Shown here piece after piece: positions 28,639-41,437 of a stretch of 64,000 bases of DNA. The position numbers and the translations under genes were made by a program. The first letter of the stretch is position 1; every line of letters begins with the position of its first letter. Origin of the DNA: the human T2T-CHM13v2.0 reference genome, Homo sapiens; the NCBI RefSeq assembly GCF_009914755.1, contig NC_060947.1; one strand, given 5' to 3'. The notes under the pieces are model-generated. The model did no database searches. It worked only from the letters and a program-made list of their open reading frames with translations, and was not told the DNA's origin.

Positions 28639-29154
28639 ATCTGGGTCTGGGATTTCCTTTGTGAGAAGTTGTGAAATCATGAGTCAATGTCTTTACTTGT
28701 TTCTTCATATTTTACTTGTCTGTATTCAAACTTCTATTTCATTTTATACCTGTTTTGGTTGTTATTGTCTTTCTGGAAATTTGTCCAGTTGCATCTAAGT
28801 TATCTGATTTGTTGGTGTACAATAGTTTTTTTATATTCCTTTATAATTTTTAAATTCTGTATATTTGTTAGCAGTGTTTTCTCTTTTATTCCCGATTTTA
28901 GTATTTTGAGTCTTCCTTTTTTTTGTTTTGTCAGTCTAGCTAAAGTTTTGTCAATCTGTTGATCTTTTCAAATAACTATTTCTTGTTTCCTTGATTTATT
29001 GACTTTCTATATTGTTTGGCATTCTCTATTTCATTGATTTTCACTCTAATTTTTAATATTTTCTTCCTGATTGGTTTGTATTTAGTTTACTTTGTCTAGT
29101 TTCCTAATGTAGAAATTTATGGTATTAACTGGAGATTTTTCTTCTTTTTTAAGA

Positions 29155-29332
29155 CAAGCCTAGATGCATCCACTGGTAATTTTTAACTAAACGTTTGAAG
29201 AAAAATCAATAGCAATCTTCACAACCTTTCCAAAACATAAAAGAGGGTAGGTCATATTCCTATGAAGCTAGTATTGTCCCGTTTCCAAAACCAGACAATG
29301 ACATCACAAGAAAAATAAATAAATAAATAAAT
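29155..29332 (+). repeat. Short inverted copy of neighbouring host-L1 sequence
   Basis: Sense L1 ORF2 piece within antisense host; matches the reverse complement of ~28110-28274. Confidence 0.7.
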
Positions 29333-29461
29333 ATACTTCCCTTTAAACAGTGCTTTAGCAGTGCATCCCCTTAATTTGGGTTTCTTAGATTTTCATTTAC
29401 ATCCATCTCAAAGCGTTTTTAAACTTTTAATTTCTTCTTTGAGCCATTGGTTATTTAGAAA

Positions 29462-29768
29462 TTTAATTTTTATTTTTTTAGAGACAGATTCTTACTCTGT
29501 CACCCAGATTGGAGTGCAGGGGTGCAGTTATAGCTCACTGTAACCTCAAAATCCTGGGCTCAAGCTCAATTGATTGTCTCACCTCAGCATCCCGAGTACG
29601 TGGGAGTACAGGTGCATCCCACCATCCTCAGCAAATTTTTCAAACTTTTTTAGAGATGAGGTCTTGCTATGTTGGCCAGGCTGGTCTCAAACTTCTGGCC
29701 TCAAGTAATTCTCCTGTCTCAGCCTCTCAAAGCACTGGGATTACTGGCATGAGCCACCGCACCCAGCC
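29462..29768 (-). mobile_element. AluJ
   Basis: Antisense Alu with J-type motifs 'tagctcactgtaacctcaaaatcctgggctcaagc' and 'gaggtcttgctatgttg'. Confidence 0.93.
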
Positions 29769-31211
29769 AAAAATGTGTTGTTTGTATTGTCTACTTTCCA
29801 CATATTTATGAATTCCTCGTATTGCCTTTTCTTATAAATACCTAATTTATTTCCCTTGTAATTAGAGAACATTGTATGATTTCAATACATTTAAATTTTG
29901 AGACTTGTTCTACAGACCAGCATATGGTTATTCCTAGGAATGTTCTATATATGCTTCAGGAGAATTAGTATTCTGCCGTTCTAGGATGGAGGCTTTTATA
30001 GTTATCTGTTAGATCTAGTTGGTTTATGCTATTCTTCGAGTCTTCATTATCCACTTTTATCTAATCGTTTTATGCATTATTGTAAATAGGTTATTGAAAT
30101 CTCAAGCTATTATTACTGAATTGTTTATTTCTCCTTTTAACTTTACAATTCTTGGTATCCTTTATTTTGGCCCTCTTTTATTAAGTTCATATATATTTAT
30201 AGTTGTTTTATTTGTTGGTGGCTTGACCATTTTTTTAATCTTCTCCAGTAAATTTTTTGTTTTAAAGTATATTTTATGTGATATTAATTTAGCTACTCCA
30301 GATTTCTTATGGTTGGTGTTTGCATATCAATTTTCATCCTTTTACTTTGAACCTATTTCTATTATTTCTACCTTTGAATCTTCTGGATAGAAGTTTCACT
30401 AGACAAGTGAAAACAGCATAGAACTGTGTCTTGCTTTGTTTGTAAACTCAGTGTGATCATCTCTCCCTTTAGGATTCTTTAATCCATTCACTTTTAATTT
30501 TATTATTGATATGGTTGAATTTATATCTGCAATTTCAGTTTTTATTTCTCTATGTCTCATATCTATTTTGTTCGTATGTTCTTGCGTTAGTGTCTTTTTT
30601 ACCTTAAGTGAACATTTGTTATTGTAAAAACCTAATTCCTTTAATAATTTTTAAACTATATACATTTTTTTTTGTCATTTTCTTAGTGATAGCTGTAGGG
30701 CTGATACTATACATCTCAGTTTATCCGAATGTACTCCAGATTTATATTAATGTAATTACAGGGAACTGTACAAAAATCATTCCTATATGGCTCTATTTTC
30801 CCCACTTTTTGTGCTATTAGCGCAATATATTTTACATGTATATATGTTATAAACTCAACAATGCATTACTATAATAATTATTTTACAAATAATTATTTTA
30901 TGACTTTTAAATAAAATATTTTATTTTTAAAAAATAATTATTTTGTGTATTTTTAAAAAGCTGAGAGAACACAAAACATGTATTAATAGAGGCTGTTATG
31001 TTATCTTTTTATTTTCTATTTCTTGTTCTGTTAATTTCTTCCTTTAGTTTTGAGAGAACATCTGGTGCCATTTCTTCACTCTAATACTGATTTTGTGCCC
31101 ACATTTGTGTGCTAGTATCATCAACTATGTTATATTTATATGTGTTGTAAGCCCAACAATATGTGTATGTGCACATGCAATTAATTTATTTTTAATATTT
31201 TTTACTTTTTA

Positions 31212-32604
31212 TTGATATTATTGTGGTTTGATTGTTGTGGGTACATAGTAAGCATATATCTTTATGGGTTACATGAGGTGTTTTGATACAGGTATGCAAT
31301 GTGTAATAATCACTTTGGGGTAAATTGGGTATACATTACCTCAAGCATTTATCTTTTGTGTAGCAAACAATTCAATTATATACTCTAAGTTATTTAAAAA
31401 TGTACAATTAAATTATTTTTGAGTATATTCAACCTGTTGTGCTATCAAATTTTAGATCGTATTAATTCAGTTTATTTTGTACACATGAACCACCCCCATT
31501 CTCCCACCCAACCCTCCAGTACATTTCCCAACCTCTGGTAACCATCCTTCTATTCTCTATCTCTGGGTTCAATTATTTTAATGTTTAGCTACCACAAATA
31601 ACTAAGAACATGTGAAGTTTATCTTTCTGTGCCTGGCTTATTTCACTTAACATAATGACCTCTAGTTGTTGCACATGGCAGAACCTCATTCTTTTTTATG
31701 GTTGAATAATACTCCATCGTGTAAATGTGCCACATTTGTTTAATACATTCATCTACTAATGGACACTTAGGTTGCTTCCAAATCTTGGTTATTGTAAATA
31801 TTGCTGCTGTAAGTATAGGAGTGCATACAACTCTTTGATATACTAATTTCCTTTCTTCGGATATATATCTAGGAGTGGGATTGCTGAATCATATGGGAGC
31901 TTTATTATTAGATTTTTGAGGAATCTCCGAATTGTTCTCCATAGAAGTTTTACTAATTTACATTTCCACCAACAGTGTGTGAGGGTTCCCTATTCTCCAC
32001 ACCCTCACCAACATTTATTATTGCCTGTCTTTGGATATAAGCCATTTTAATTGGGACAAGATAATATCTCATTGTAGTTTTGATTTGCATTTGCTGTCCT
32101 TGTGGTCTGGACTGCCTTTCAAGTTTACTTAGAGCCCCAGAGCTCTTTAGCCTATTGTGGTGAGGCTTGTTGTAACTCAAGTTCTGACCCTGGGATCGGC
32201 AATTCCCCTCTGGCTAGGACTGGTTTAATTATTCCCTCTATGATTGGGCATCAGCTGAATTCAGACTGATTTTGCATTCTGCCATGATGGGGCAGCAGTG
32301 AGTTCGATGCGATGCCTCACAATTGCTGTGCTCTCCCTTTCCCAAGCACATGGATTCTCTCTCTGCGCCACGCAGCTGCTGCCAGGAGTTGGGGGAAGGA
32401 TGGCATTGGCAATTCAAGATGCTTTTCTATGTCTTGAGTGCCTTTTTTCATAATATGAAGTTAAAACCAGGTACTTTGAGTGTTCAGCTGATTTTTTGTT
32501 GTTATGAAGGTGATTTTGTTGTGTATATAGTTGTTAAATTGGTGTCGTTGTGGTAGGAAGGATAATTGGTGGAATCTTCTAATCCACAATCTTGTTCCAC
32601 CCGC
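31212..32604 (-). mobile_element. Internally deleted L1MA (5' UTR fused to 3' end)
   Basis: L1MA2/3-type 3' end 31212-32092 joined to L1 5' UTR 32093-32604 (homologous to 40041-40540); 19-bp TSD with 2 mismatches (31193-31211 / 32605-32623). Confidence 0.85.
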
Positions 32605-32750
32605 TAATATACTTTACTTTTTAGAGTAGTTTTTGTTTTTCGTGGCAAAATTGAGAGGAAAGCACACAGAGTTCTCATATTTTCCATCTTCATACACATA
32701 CATTCTCTCCTGTATTCACATTCTACACCAGACGGATAAGTTTGTTGAAA
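32605..32750 (-). mobile_element. Short L1MC/MD-type 3' end fragment (host of the deleted L1MA)
   Basis: 'ctttactttttagagtagtt...gcaaaattgagaggaaagcacacagagttctcata' resembles the L1MC/L1MD 3' terminus. Confidence 0.6.
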
Positions 32751-33017
32751 CTGCAATTACTTTTCAAATCACTTATGAGAAGAGAAGAAATAACCAAATG
32801 TACTGTGCTATAGTTACCTACATCCTTTTCTTCACCAATTCGCTTTGTATTTAATTTTGTGTGTGTATGTGTGTTTGTTTACATATGTAGATTCAAACTA
32901 TAGTCTTGCATTACTTTAATTCTGCCTGAAAAATTTCCTTTAGTGTTTCCTGTAATCTGCTAGTGATAAATTATCTCGGTGTTTGTTTATGTGAGAAAGT
33001 ATTTATATTGCATTTAT

Positions 33018-36000
33018 TTTTTAATTTTGTTCATAAAACTTTATGAGGTATGTATTAGTCCATTCTCATGCTGCTGTATAAGAATACCTGAGTCTGGGTA
33101 ATTTATGAAGGAAAGAGGTTTAATTGACTCACAGTTCAGCATAGCTGGGGAGTCCTCAGGAGACTTATAATCATGGTGGAAGGGGAAGCAAATGCATCCT
33201 TCTTTAAGCAAATGATTCCTTCTTCACATGGCGGCAGGAGAGAGAAGTGCCAAGCGAAGGGGAAAGGCCCCTATAAAACCATCAGATCTTGTGAGAACTC
33301 ACTCACTATCATGAGAACAGCATAACAACTCCCATGATTCATTTACCTACCACCAGGTCCCTCACATGCCACATGGAGATTATGGGAACAATTCAAAATG
33401 AGATTTATGTGGGGACACAGCCAAACCATATCAAGGTATAAGTACAATTTTGTTACATGAGTACTAGGCAAGTCAGTGCTTTTAGGCCATCTGTCACCTT
33501 AATAACATACATTATGCACAGTAATTTCTCATCATCTACCTCCTCTCATGCCCCTAATTTTCTGAGTATCCGTTGTCTATCATTCCCCTCTATACATAAC
33601 TTTGTACTTCTTTTTTAGCACCTACTTATGAGAGAGAATATGCAATATTTGTGTTTCTGTGTTTAGCTTGTTTCACCTAAGTTAATGACCTCCAGTTCCA
33701 CGCATGTTGCTGTGAAGACCATCATGTTATTCTTTTTTATGAATGAATATTCCATTGCATATATACCACATTTTCGTTATCCAGTCATCCACTGATAGAC
33801 ACATGTTGATTCCATGTCTTTGCTATTGTGAGTAGTGCTGTGATGAACATATTAGTTCAAGTATCTTTCTGATATAATAATTTCTTTACTTTTGGGTAGA
33901 TACCCAGTAATGGAATTGCTATAGTGAATGGTAGTTGTATTTGTAGTTCTAAAAGCTCCATTTCTGTTTTTCACAGAGATTGTACTAAGTTATATTCCCA
34001 TTAACAGTGTGTAAGAATTCCCTTTTTTTCTGAATCTTAGCCAATATCTGTTTTTAATATTTTTAATATTAGCCATTCTGACTGATGTGAGGTGGTATCC
34101 CACTGTGGTTTTAATTCGCATTTCTCTGATGATTATTAATATTGAGCTTTTCTGTATTCCTGTTGACATTTGTATATCTTCTTTTGAAAAATGTCTCCTT
34201 ACGGTTATTGCCCACTTTTTAATGGGATTATTTGTTTTGTATTTGTTGTCACTGTTGTCGAGTTGTTTGAGTTCCTTGCATATTTTTGATTTTAGTCCCC
34301 ATCAGATGAATGGCTTGTAAATTCCATTTTGTTTATGCCATTTTGCAGGTTGACACTTCACTCTGTTTTTTGTTTTGTTTTGTTTTGTTTTTGCTGTGGA
34401 GACCATTTTCAATATAAGTCCCATTAAAAAAATTTTATTTTAGTTGCCTGTGCTTTTAAGGTCTTAGTCATAAATTGCTGTCCTAAAACCAATGCCCAGA
34501 AGAGTTTTCTCTAGGTTTTCTTCTCATATTTTTATAGTGTCAGGTCTTGTGTTTCAGTTTTTAATCCATCTTCAGTTTATTTTTGTACCTGGTGAGAGAT
34601 AGAAGTTCTGTTGAATTCTTCTCCATACGGCAATCTAGTTTTCCCAGCATCATTTATTAAAAGGGTTTTATATTTTCCAATATATGTTTTAGTAATATTT
34701 GTCAAAAATCAGTTAGCTGTAAATATGTGGCTTTATTTCTGTGTTCTCTATTATGTGCCATTTATTTGTCAGGTTTTTATATAGATAACATGCTATTTTG
34801 GTTAATATGATTTGAATTCAGGTAATTTGATGCTTCCAGCATTTTTCTTTTAGCTCAGGACTGCTTTGGCTATTCATGCTCTTTTCTGGTTCCATATGAA
34901 TTTAATAATACATATTTATAATCCTGTAAATATGAAATTAATATTTTGATAGAGATTTCATTGAATCTGTAGATTGCTTTGGGCAGTGTGGTCATTTTAA
35001 TAACATTAATTCTTGCAATATATGAGCATAGATGTTTTCCCATTTGCTTGTGTTATCATGATATCATATCATCACTAAACAGGGGTAAGTTTACTTCCTA
35101 TTTTCCAATTTGGATATCTTTTATTTCTTTGTCTTGCTTGATTGCTCTGGCTCAGACTTCATATACCGTCTTGAATAGGAGTGTTGAAAGTGCACCATCT
35201 AGTCTTGTTCTAGTTTCCATAAGAAATTTTGTCAAATTTTCTTTGTTCAGTATGATGTTGGCTATTTGTCACTTATGGCCTATATTATCTGAGTTATGTT
35301 CCTGCTCTGACTAGTTTTGAGGGCTTTTATTATGAAGGGATGCTGAATATTATCAAATGCTTTCTTCTGTATTTATTAGGATGATATACATTTTGTTCTT
35401 CATTCTATTGATGTGATGTATCACATTTATTGGTTTGCATGCATTGAACCATCATTGCATCCCTGGTATAAAATCTATCTTAAGATAATATATTATCTAT
35501 TTAACGTGCTATTGGATTTAGTTTCCTAGTATTTTATTAGGGATTTTTGTGTCTATGTTCATCAGGGATATTAATTTGTAGTTTTCTTTTTGTGTGTGTG
35601 TCCTCATCTGGTTTTGGTATCAGGATGATACTGGTGTCATAGAGAAGAATAAGTTAAAAAGCACTCTCTCCTCCTCAATTTTTGAAACAGTTTAAGAACG
35701 ATTAGTTTTAGTTCATTTTTGCACTTCCGATAGAATTCAGCTGTGAATTCATCTGGTCCTGGAATTTTTGTTGTTGTTGGAAGGAGAATTTTTTTATTAT
35801 TGATTCAATCATTGCTCTCTTCAAGTTTTCTGTTTTTTTCCTTGTCGAATCTTGGAAGGTTGTATGTTTACAGAAATGTACACATTTCCATTAGATCAAG
35901 TTATATTTGTTTTATGAACACGGGAACTCTAGTGTTGGGTGCATCTATATTTACAGTTGTTATGTCATCTTGCAGTATTTAAACCTTTTATTATTATATA

Positions 36001-37203
36001 ATGGCTTTATTTGTCTTTTTTTGCTGTTTTTGATTTAAAGTTTGTTTTATTTCTGATATAAGTCTTGCCTACTCCTTATCACCTTTGGTTTGGGATATTT
36101 TTTACACTTCTTTAGTTTCAGTCTATATGTGTCTTTAAAAGTAAGGTGAGTTTCTTGCAAGCATCATATACTTGAACTGTGTTTATATTTATCCCTTAAG
36201 CCAATCTAGATGTTTTGAGGGGGAATTTAAATTAGTCCATTTATATTTAAGGCTCATATTGTCATGTTAAGGTTGTGCCTGTAATAGTATTAAATATTTT
36301 CCTGTTGTTTTATAAATTGTTTGTTTATTTCTTTTACTCTGACTATTGTTTGGTGGTATTCTGTAATGGTGCTATTTGATTCATTTATCTTCTTTTGTGT
36401 AATTACTTTACCTATAAGTTTTATACTTTTATGTGTTTTTATGATGGTGATTATGTTCTTTATCTCCCATGTTTAGAACCCTCTTGAACATTTTCATAGG
36501 GTCGGTGTAGTGACGATGAATTTCCTCAGCATTTGCTTGACCAGGAAGGACATTTTTGTGTTGTATTTTCTTGAGGATTGCTGGAACTCTTATATGTTTA
36601 TGTCTAAATCTCTTGCTAGACTTAAAATTTTTATCTGTTATTTCATTACATAGGTTTTCGAAAGCTGTTACTCTTACTTCTCCCATTTTAATGCTGATAC
36701 TTCATAAATGCTGTTGTTTTATGTAGTCCCAAATGTTTAAAAAGCTTTGTTCTTATTTTTATTATTGTTTCTTAATTTGTCTGACTAGGTTATTTCAAAT
36801 ATTTAAAGTTCTGAATTTTTTGTCTGCTTGATCTAGTCCATTATTGAAGCTTTCAAGTGTTTTTTGTATTTTCTTCAATAAATTTTTCAGTTTCAAAATT
36901 TTTGTTGCTAATTTATTTTAAAGATATCTGTCTCCTTAGTAGATTTTTTACTCATATCCTGAGTTGGTTTTTTGAGTTCTTTGTATTGGTTTTTGGATTT
37001 CTTTTGCATATCTCTGAGCTTTATGAAAATCAATATTTTGAAATGTTTATCTGGCATTTCAAGTGTTTCTTTTTGGTTAGAGCATTTTAGAGCATTTGGC
37101 CCAGCATTCTATTGCTGGAGAATTATCGTGTTCCTGTGAGGGTGCCATATTACCTCATGTTTTTCATGTTTCCTTTGTCTTTGCCTTGGTTCCTGCACAT
37201 CTG
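33018..37203 (-). mobile_element. L1PB-like element with several internal deletions
   Basis: 3' end 'gtataagtacaattttgttacatga...cattcccctcta'; antisense ORF2 and ORF1 motifs with jumps near 35055, 35800, 35890 and 36560. Confidence 0.8.
33051..33433 (-). mobile_element. THE1C-like solo LTR
   Basis: tgtattagtcc...ccaaaccatatca; TSD AGGTA (33046-33050 / 33434-33438). Confidence 0.94.
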
Positions 37204-37424
37204 CTTTCATTTGTGGAAAGTTAGTTTTCCTGAATATAAGATTTATAGTTGACCTTTTTTTCCCTCTTTAAGCCCTTTTAATTTGCCAATACTTGACTTT
37301 CTGGCCTACTTTGTTTCTGAGGAAAAGTTATCTATTAAACTTATTTGGGTTCCCATGTACATGATGAATTATTTTGTTTTTCTCTTGTTGCTTTCAAGAT
37401 TTTCTCTCATTTTTGTCCTTTACA

Positions 37425-37815
37425 AAATTTATTGTTTTAACTGACAAATAGATTTTGTGTATATTTTTATGTACTACATGTTGAAATGTGCTTACATTGT
37501 GTGATGTCTCAGTTGAGCTAATTAACATATATAAAAGTATGGTATATATACACATCATAGTATTCAGACTTAAAAAAAATAAAATTTTGTCATTTGTGTT
37601 GATATGAATTAACTTGGAGGATAGTATGTTAAGTGAAATAAGCCAAGCACATAAGGAGCTATACTGCATTATCTCACTTACATGTGGCATATAAAATAGT
37701 TGAACTCATAGAAGTGGACAGTAGAATGGTGATTACCGGAGGCTTAGGTTGTTGGGGTGGGGGTATAAATGGAGAGATATTTGTCAAGGGATGCAAAATT
37801 GTAGTTAGATAACAG
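37425..37815. mobile_element. Short L1MA-type 3' insertion with inverted 5' part
   Basis: Minus-strand 3' terminus 37425-37532 ('ttgagctaattaacata') abuts a plus-strand ORF2-end/3' UTR piece ('ttaagtgaaataagccaagcaca...gaactcatagaagtggacagtagaatgg'). Confidence 0.7.
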
Positions 37816-38682
37816 ATATAGATCAAGTATTCCCCTTGGCCTTCATCAGTTTTACTATGATGTTTCTGCTTATAGATCTCTTTGTGTTTGTCATATTTGG
37901 AGTTTGTTAATTTATAAGTCAACATTTTTCAACATATTTAGGAAGTTTTCAGTTGTTTATTTTAGTGTATATTTTCCCTGGTCTTTTCTCTCTCTCTCCA
38001 TTTCTTCTATTCCAATTACATATTTCTTGGTGTTCTTAATTGTGCCTCAAATTTTTCTGAAGAAATACTTCATTATTTTTCTGTTTATCAGATTACAGAA
38101 TTTCTTTTAATGTATATTCAAATTGGTTAATTGTTTTTTCTGCCACTTCAAATCTAGTATTGTTGCTTTGTACTGGATGTTTTATTTCAATCAGGATATT
38201 GATCTGAGAGATTTCTGACATCAGAACTTCCATTTGGTTCTTTAAGTTATAATTTTTATATCTGTACTTATATTAATATTTTGATGGGGCATTGTCATTA
38301 TACCTTCACTTAAGTCTCTAAAAATGGTTTCCTTTAATTCTTTGAACATATTTTAAATAGCTGCTTTGAAGTCCAACATTTGTTTATCCTCAAAAGCTTC
38401 AAATTGTCAGTTCCTGGGTTTTTTTGTTGTTGTTTCGTGTTTGCATACTTCACACTTATAGATATTTTGCAATCTTTTATTTAATCAGTGGAAATTTAAG
38501 ATAATATATTTTAGCATCTCTAGATGGTGGATCGCCTCATTTCTCAATGCTTACTTTTGTTGTTTGCTTGTTTACTTTTCTTTTTGTTTTTGCACCTTAG
38601 CTGGATTAGTTGTGTAAAATTTATTTCACCCAAAGTATACAACCTCTGACTTTGCTCATCATGAAGAGCAGCCATAGACATG

Positions 38683-39035
38683 TGCATTAGTTTGTTCTCA
38701 TGCTGATATGAAGAAATACCCAAGACTGGGTACTTTATAAAGAAAAGAGGTTTAATTGACTCACAGTTCTGCATAGCTGAAAAGGCCTTAGGAAAGTTAC
38801 AATCATGACAGAAGGCATCCCTTCACAGGGTGACAGGAGAGGGAATGAGTGCCGAGCAGAGGGGAAAGCCCCTTATAAAACCATCAGATCTCGTGAGAAC
38901 TCACTTTCATGAGAACAGCATGGGAGAAACTGCCCCCATGATTCAATTATCTCCACCTTGTCCCACCCTTGACATCTGGGGATTATTACAATGCAAGGTG
39001 AGATATAGGTGGAAACACAGAGTGAAACCATATCA
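38683..39035 (-). mobile_element. THE1C/D solo LTR
   Basis: tgcattag...gaaaccatatca; TSD ACATG/ACATA (38678-38682 / 39036-39040). Confidence 0.93.
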
Positions 39036-41394
39036 ACATATATACAGTCACCTTAACAATAAACAGTGACTGGTTTTAGCCCGGCTTCCTCTTTCTCTTT
39101 ATCTGATATCTCCATCAGGCTCGTTTGCTTTTATTAGTATCATGGCCAGCTGTTAGCCTCCACTAATTGCTAACTGATTGCTATATTGTTTTTCACGAAT
39201 CTCTGAGGCAAAAATTGTTCCATGGCCTGATGAAATTGAAGTTGGTCTACTTTTTAGAGGAGGATATTTTTGGTCTTTGAGTCTTGCTCTGACTCCAGGA
39301 GGGCTTATCTTAGATTCTTTTTCTCGTTATCTCTGTTAAAATTCTAGCTGAACTACACTTTTATTTGCTGTTTGTTGCTCAATACCAAGATCTCCACTGC
39401 TTTCCTGTAATTCTCTCACCTACAAAACCTCCCACAGTCTGTTTCAAATAAAGTCAGTCTATTTAGCCAGAGTTGTAGACTTGTATGTTCTTGTGGCCCT
39501 GCCTCTCCACCTGAACAAAACTTCTGTGCCACTGTACCTGAGATGGATACAATTACAATGAAATTCTTCTCTTGGAATGTAATTCTGCAGTTCTATGAGT
39601 GGGTAAACTTAACTGTGACAGTAGGTCCTTTTATTTTTAACTTGTCCCTTCTATTTTGGAATGTTTCCTTATGAACAAGCTTGAACAGAGACTATTGGGT
39701 CCCAGTGTTTTCAGCCTGTCTCACATGGAGTTAATTCTTCCACTCTACAAATGGGGAATATGTAAGGGAAGGAAGTTCCAATATCCTAGGTTGTGCCTGT
39801 CAGGAAAAAAAAAAAAAAAAAAAAACTTTTACAACACAGAGCTGTGGGTAGATGACGTACTGTCAGCCTAACCCTTTATGCCATATAAATTCCAAGATGC
39901 AATCAATTGTAAGAGTTTTTAATTGTAATTTGAACTAATACTGGTTTCTTAGAAAAAATCAACTATCATATTAATTTTAGGTTTCAAAAATTTCGATATA
40001 TTTGGCCCAAAACCTAGTGAAAGAAATGCTGTGAACACAGGAAGGCTGAGCAAGATGGCAGAATAGAAGCCGACAGCGTTCATCCCCCCACCACTGGAAC
40101 ACCAAATTTTAACAACTATCTGCACACACAAATGCACCATCACAAGAACCAAAAATCAGGTGAGCAATCACAGTACCTGGATTTACATTCATATCACAGA
40201 AAGAGGCACTGAAGATAGCAGGACAGACAGTCTTGAATCGCCAATACCAGCCTTTCTGTATCCTCCCCTGGCAGCAGCTGTGCACTTTGGGGAGGGAGAG
40301 TACAGTGACTGAGGGAATTTACACTGAACTCAGTGCTGCCCTGTCACACTGGTGAATAAAGTTATGCTGGGCTTAGTCAATGCCTGGACATTGAGGGGGA
40401 GTTTGTACCAGCCCTAGCCAGAAGGAAATTGCCCATCCTAGTGGTCAGAACTTGAGTTTCTAGGCAAACCTTGCCACCGCACACTGAAGTGCTCTGGGGT
40501 CCTAGGTAAACTTGGAAGGCAGTCTAGCACACAAGAACTGCAATTCCTAGGCAATTCCTAGTACTAGGCTGGGCTTAGAGCCAGTGTACTAGAGTGGCAC
40601 ATGACCTAGGGAGACACCAGCTGGCATGGCTATGGGAGTGCTCTTGCCCTCCCTCCTCCAACCCCAGGCAGTGCAGCTCACAGTAACAAAGGTGACTCTT
40701 TCCTTCTGCTTTAGTAGAGGAGAACAGAGTAAAGAGGATTTTGTTTTGCATCTTGGATACCAGCTTAGCCATAGTAGGATAGGGTACCAGGCAGAGATGT
40801 GAGGTACCCTTTCCAGGTCCTATCCCCAAGATAACATTTCTAGATATCTCCTGGGCTAAAAGGGAACACACCGCCTTGAAAGCAAGAGCCCAGTTCTGGC
40901 AGAATTGATCAACTCCTGAATAAAGAGCTCTTTGGCCTTGAATAACCAGGAGCAATATCCAGGGAGTGCTGTGGGCCTTGGGCTCTGAGACATGCTGGCT
41001 TTTGGGTGATGCAGCACATTCCCAGCTGTGGTGGCTAGAGTGAAAGACTTCTTCTGCATGAGAAGACACAGGGGAAACTAAAGAGGACTTTGCCTTAAAC
41101 TTTAGGTACCAGCTCAGCCACAGTAGCGTAGAGCAAAAATTAGGTGTTGGGGGAACCTCAGTCCAGGCCTACCCACATAGATACCATTTCTAATCCTGCC
41201 TTCGGTCAGAGTAGAGCACACTGCCCTGAAGAATGAGTCCAAGGCCAGGCAGTATTTACCACAAACTGACAGAAGAGTCATTGGGCTTTTTGTGTGTTTG
41301 CTTGTTAGTTTTTGCATGCAGTAAGTGTTAAATTGTCATCAATTAAAAATAATGCATTAGAACATGGTATTTGCAAGCCTTATAGTAACCCCAG

Positions 41395-41395
<1 letters not shown>

Positions 41396-41434
<39 letters not shown>
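41396..41434. repeat. (CA)n microsatellite
   Basis: Directly visible perfect CA tract. Confidence 0.97.

Positions 41435-41437
<3 letters not shown>

Larger units (their letters stand above)
23135..39870 (-). mobile_element. Near full-length ancient L1 (L1MB7/8-like) fragmented by many nested insertions
   Basis: 3' end 'tttaaacagctctattgag...acataccataaaat'; colinear antisense ORF2 resumes after each insertion (25374, 25989, 28103, 28639, 29335, 29769); ORF1 pieces at 32750-33015, 37205-37420 and 37825-38500; the 5' UTR-like sequence out to ~39870 is less certain. Confidence 0.75.
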
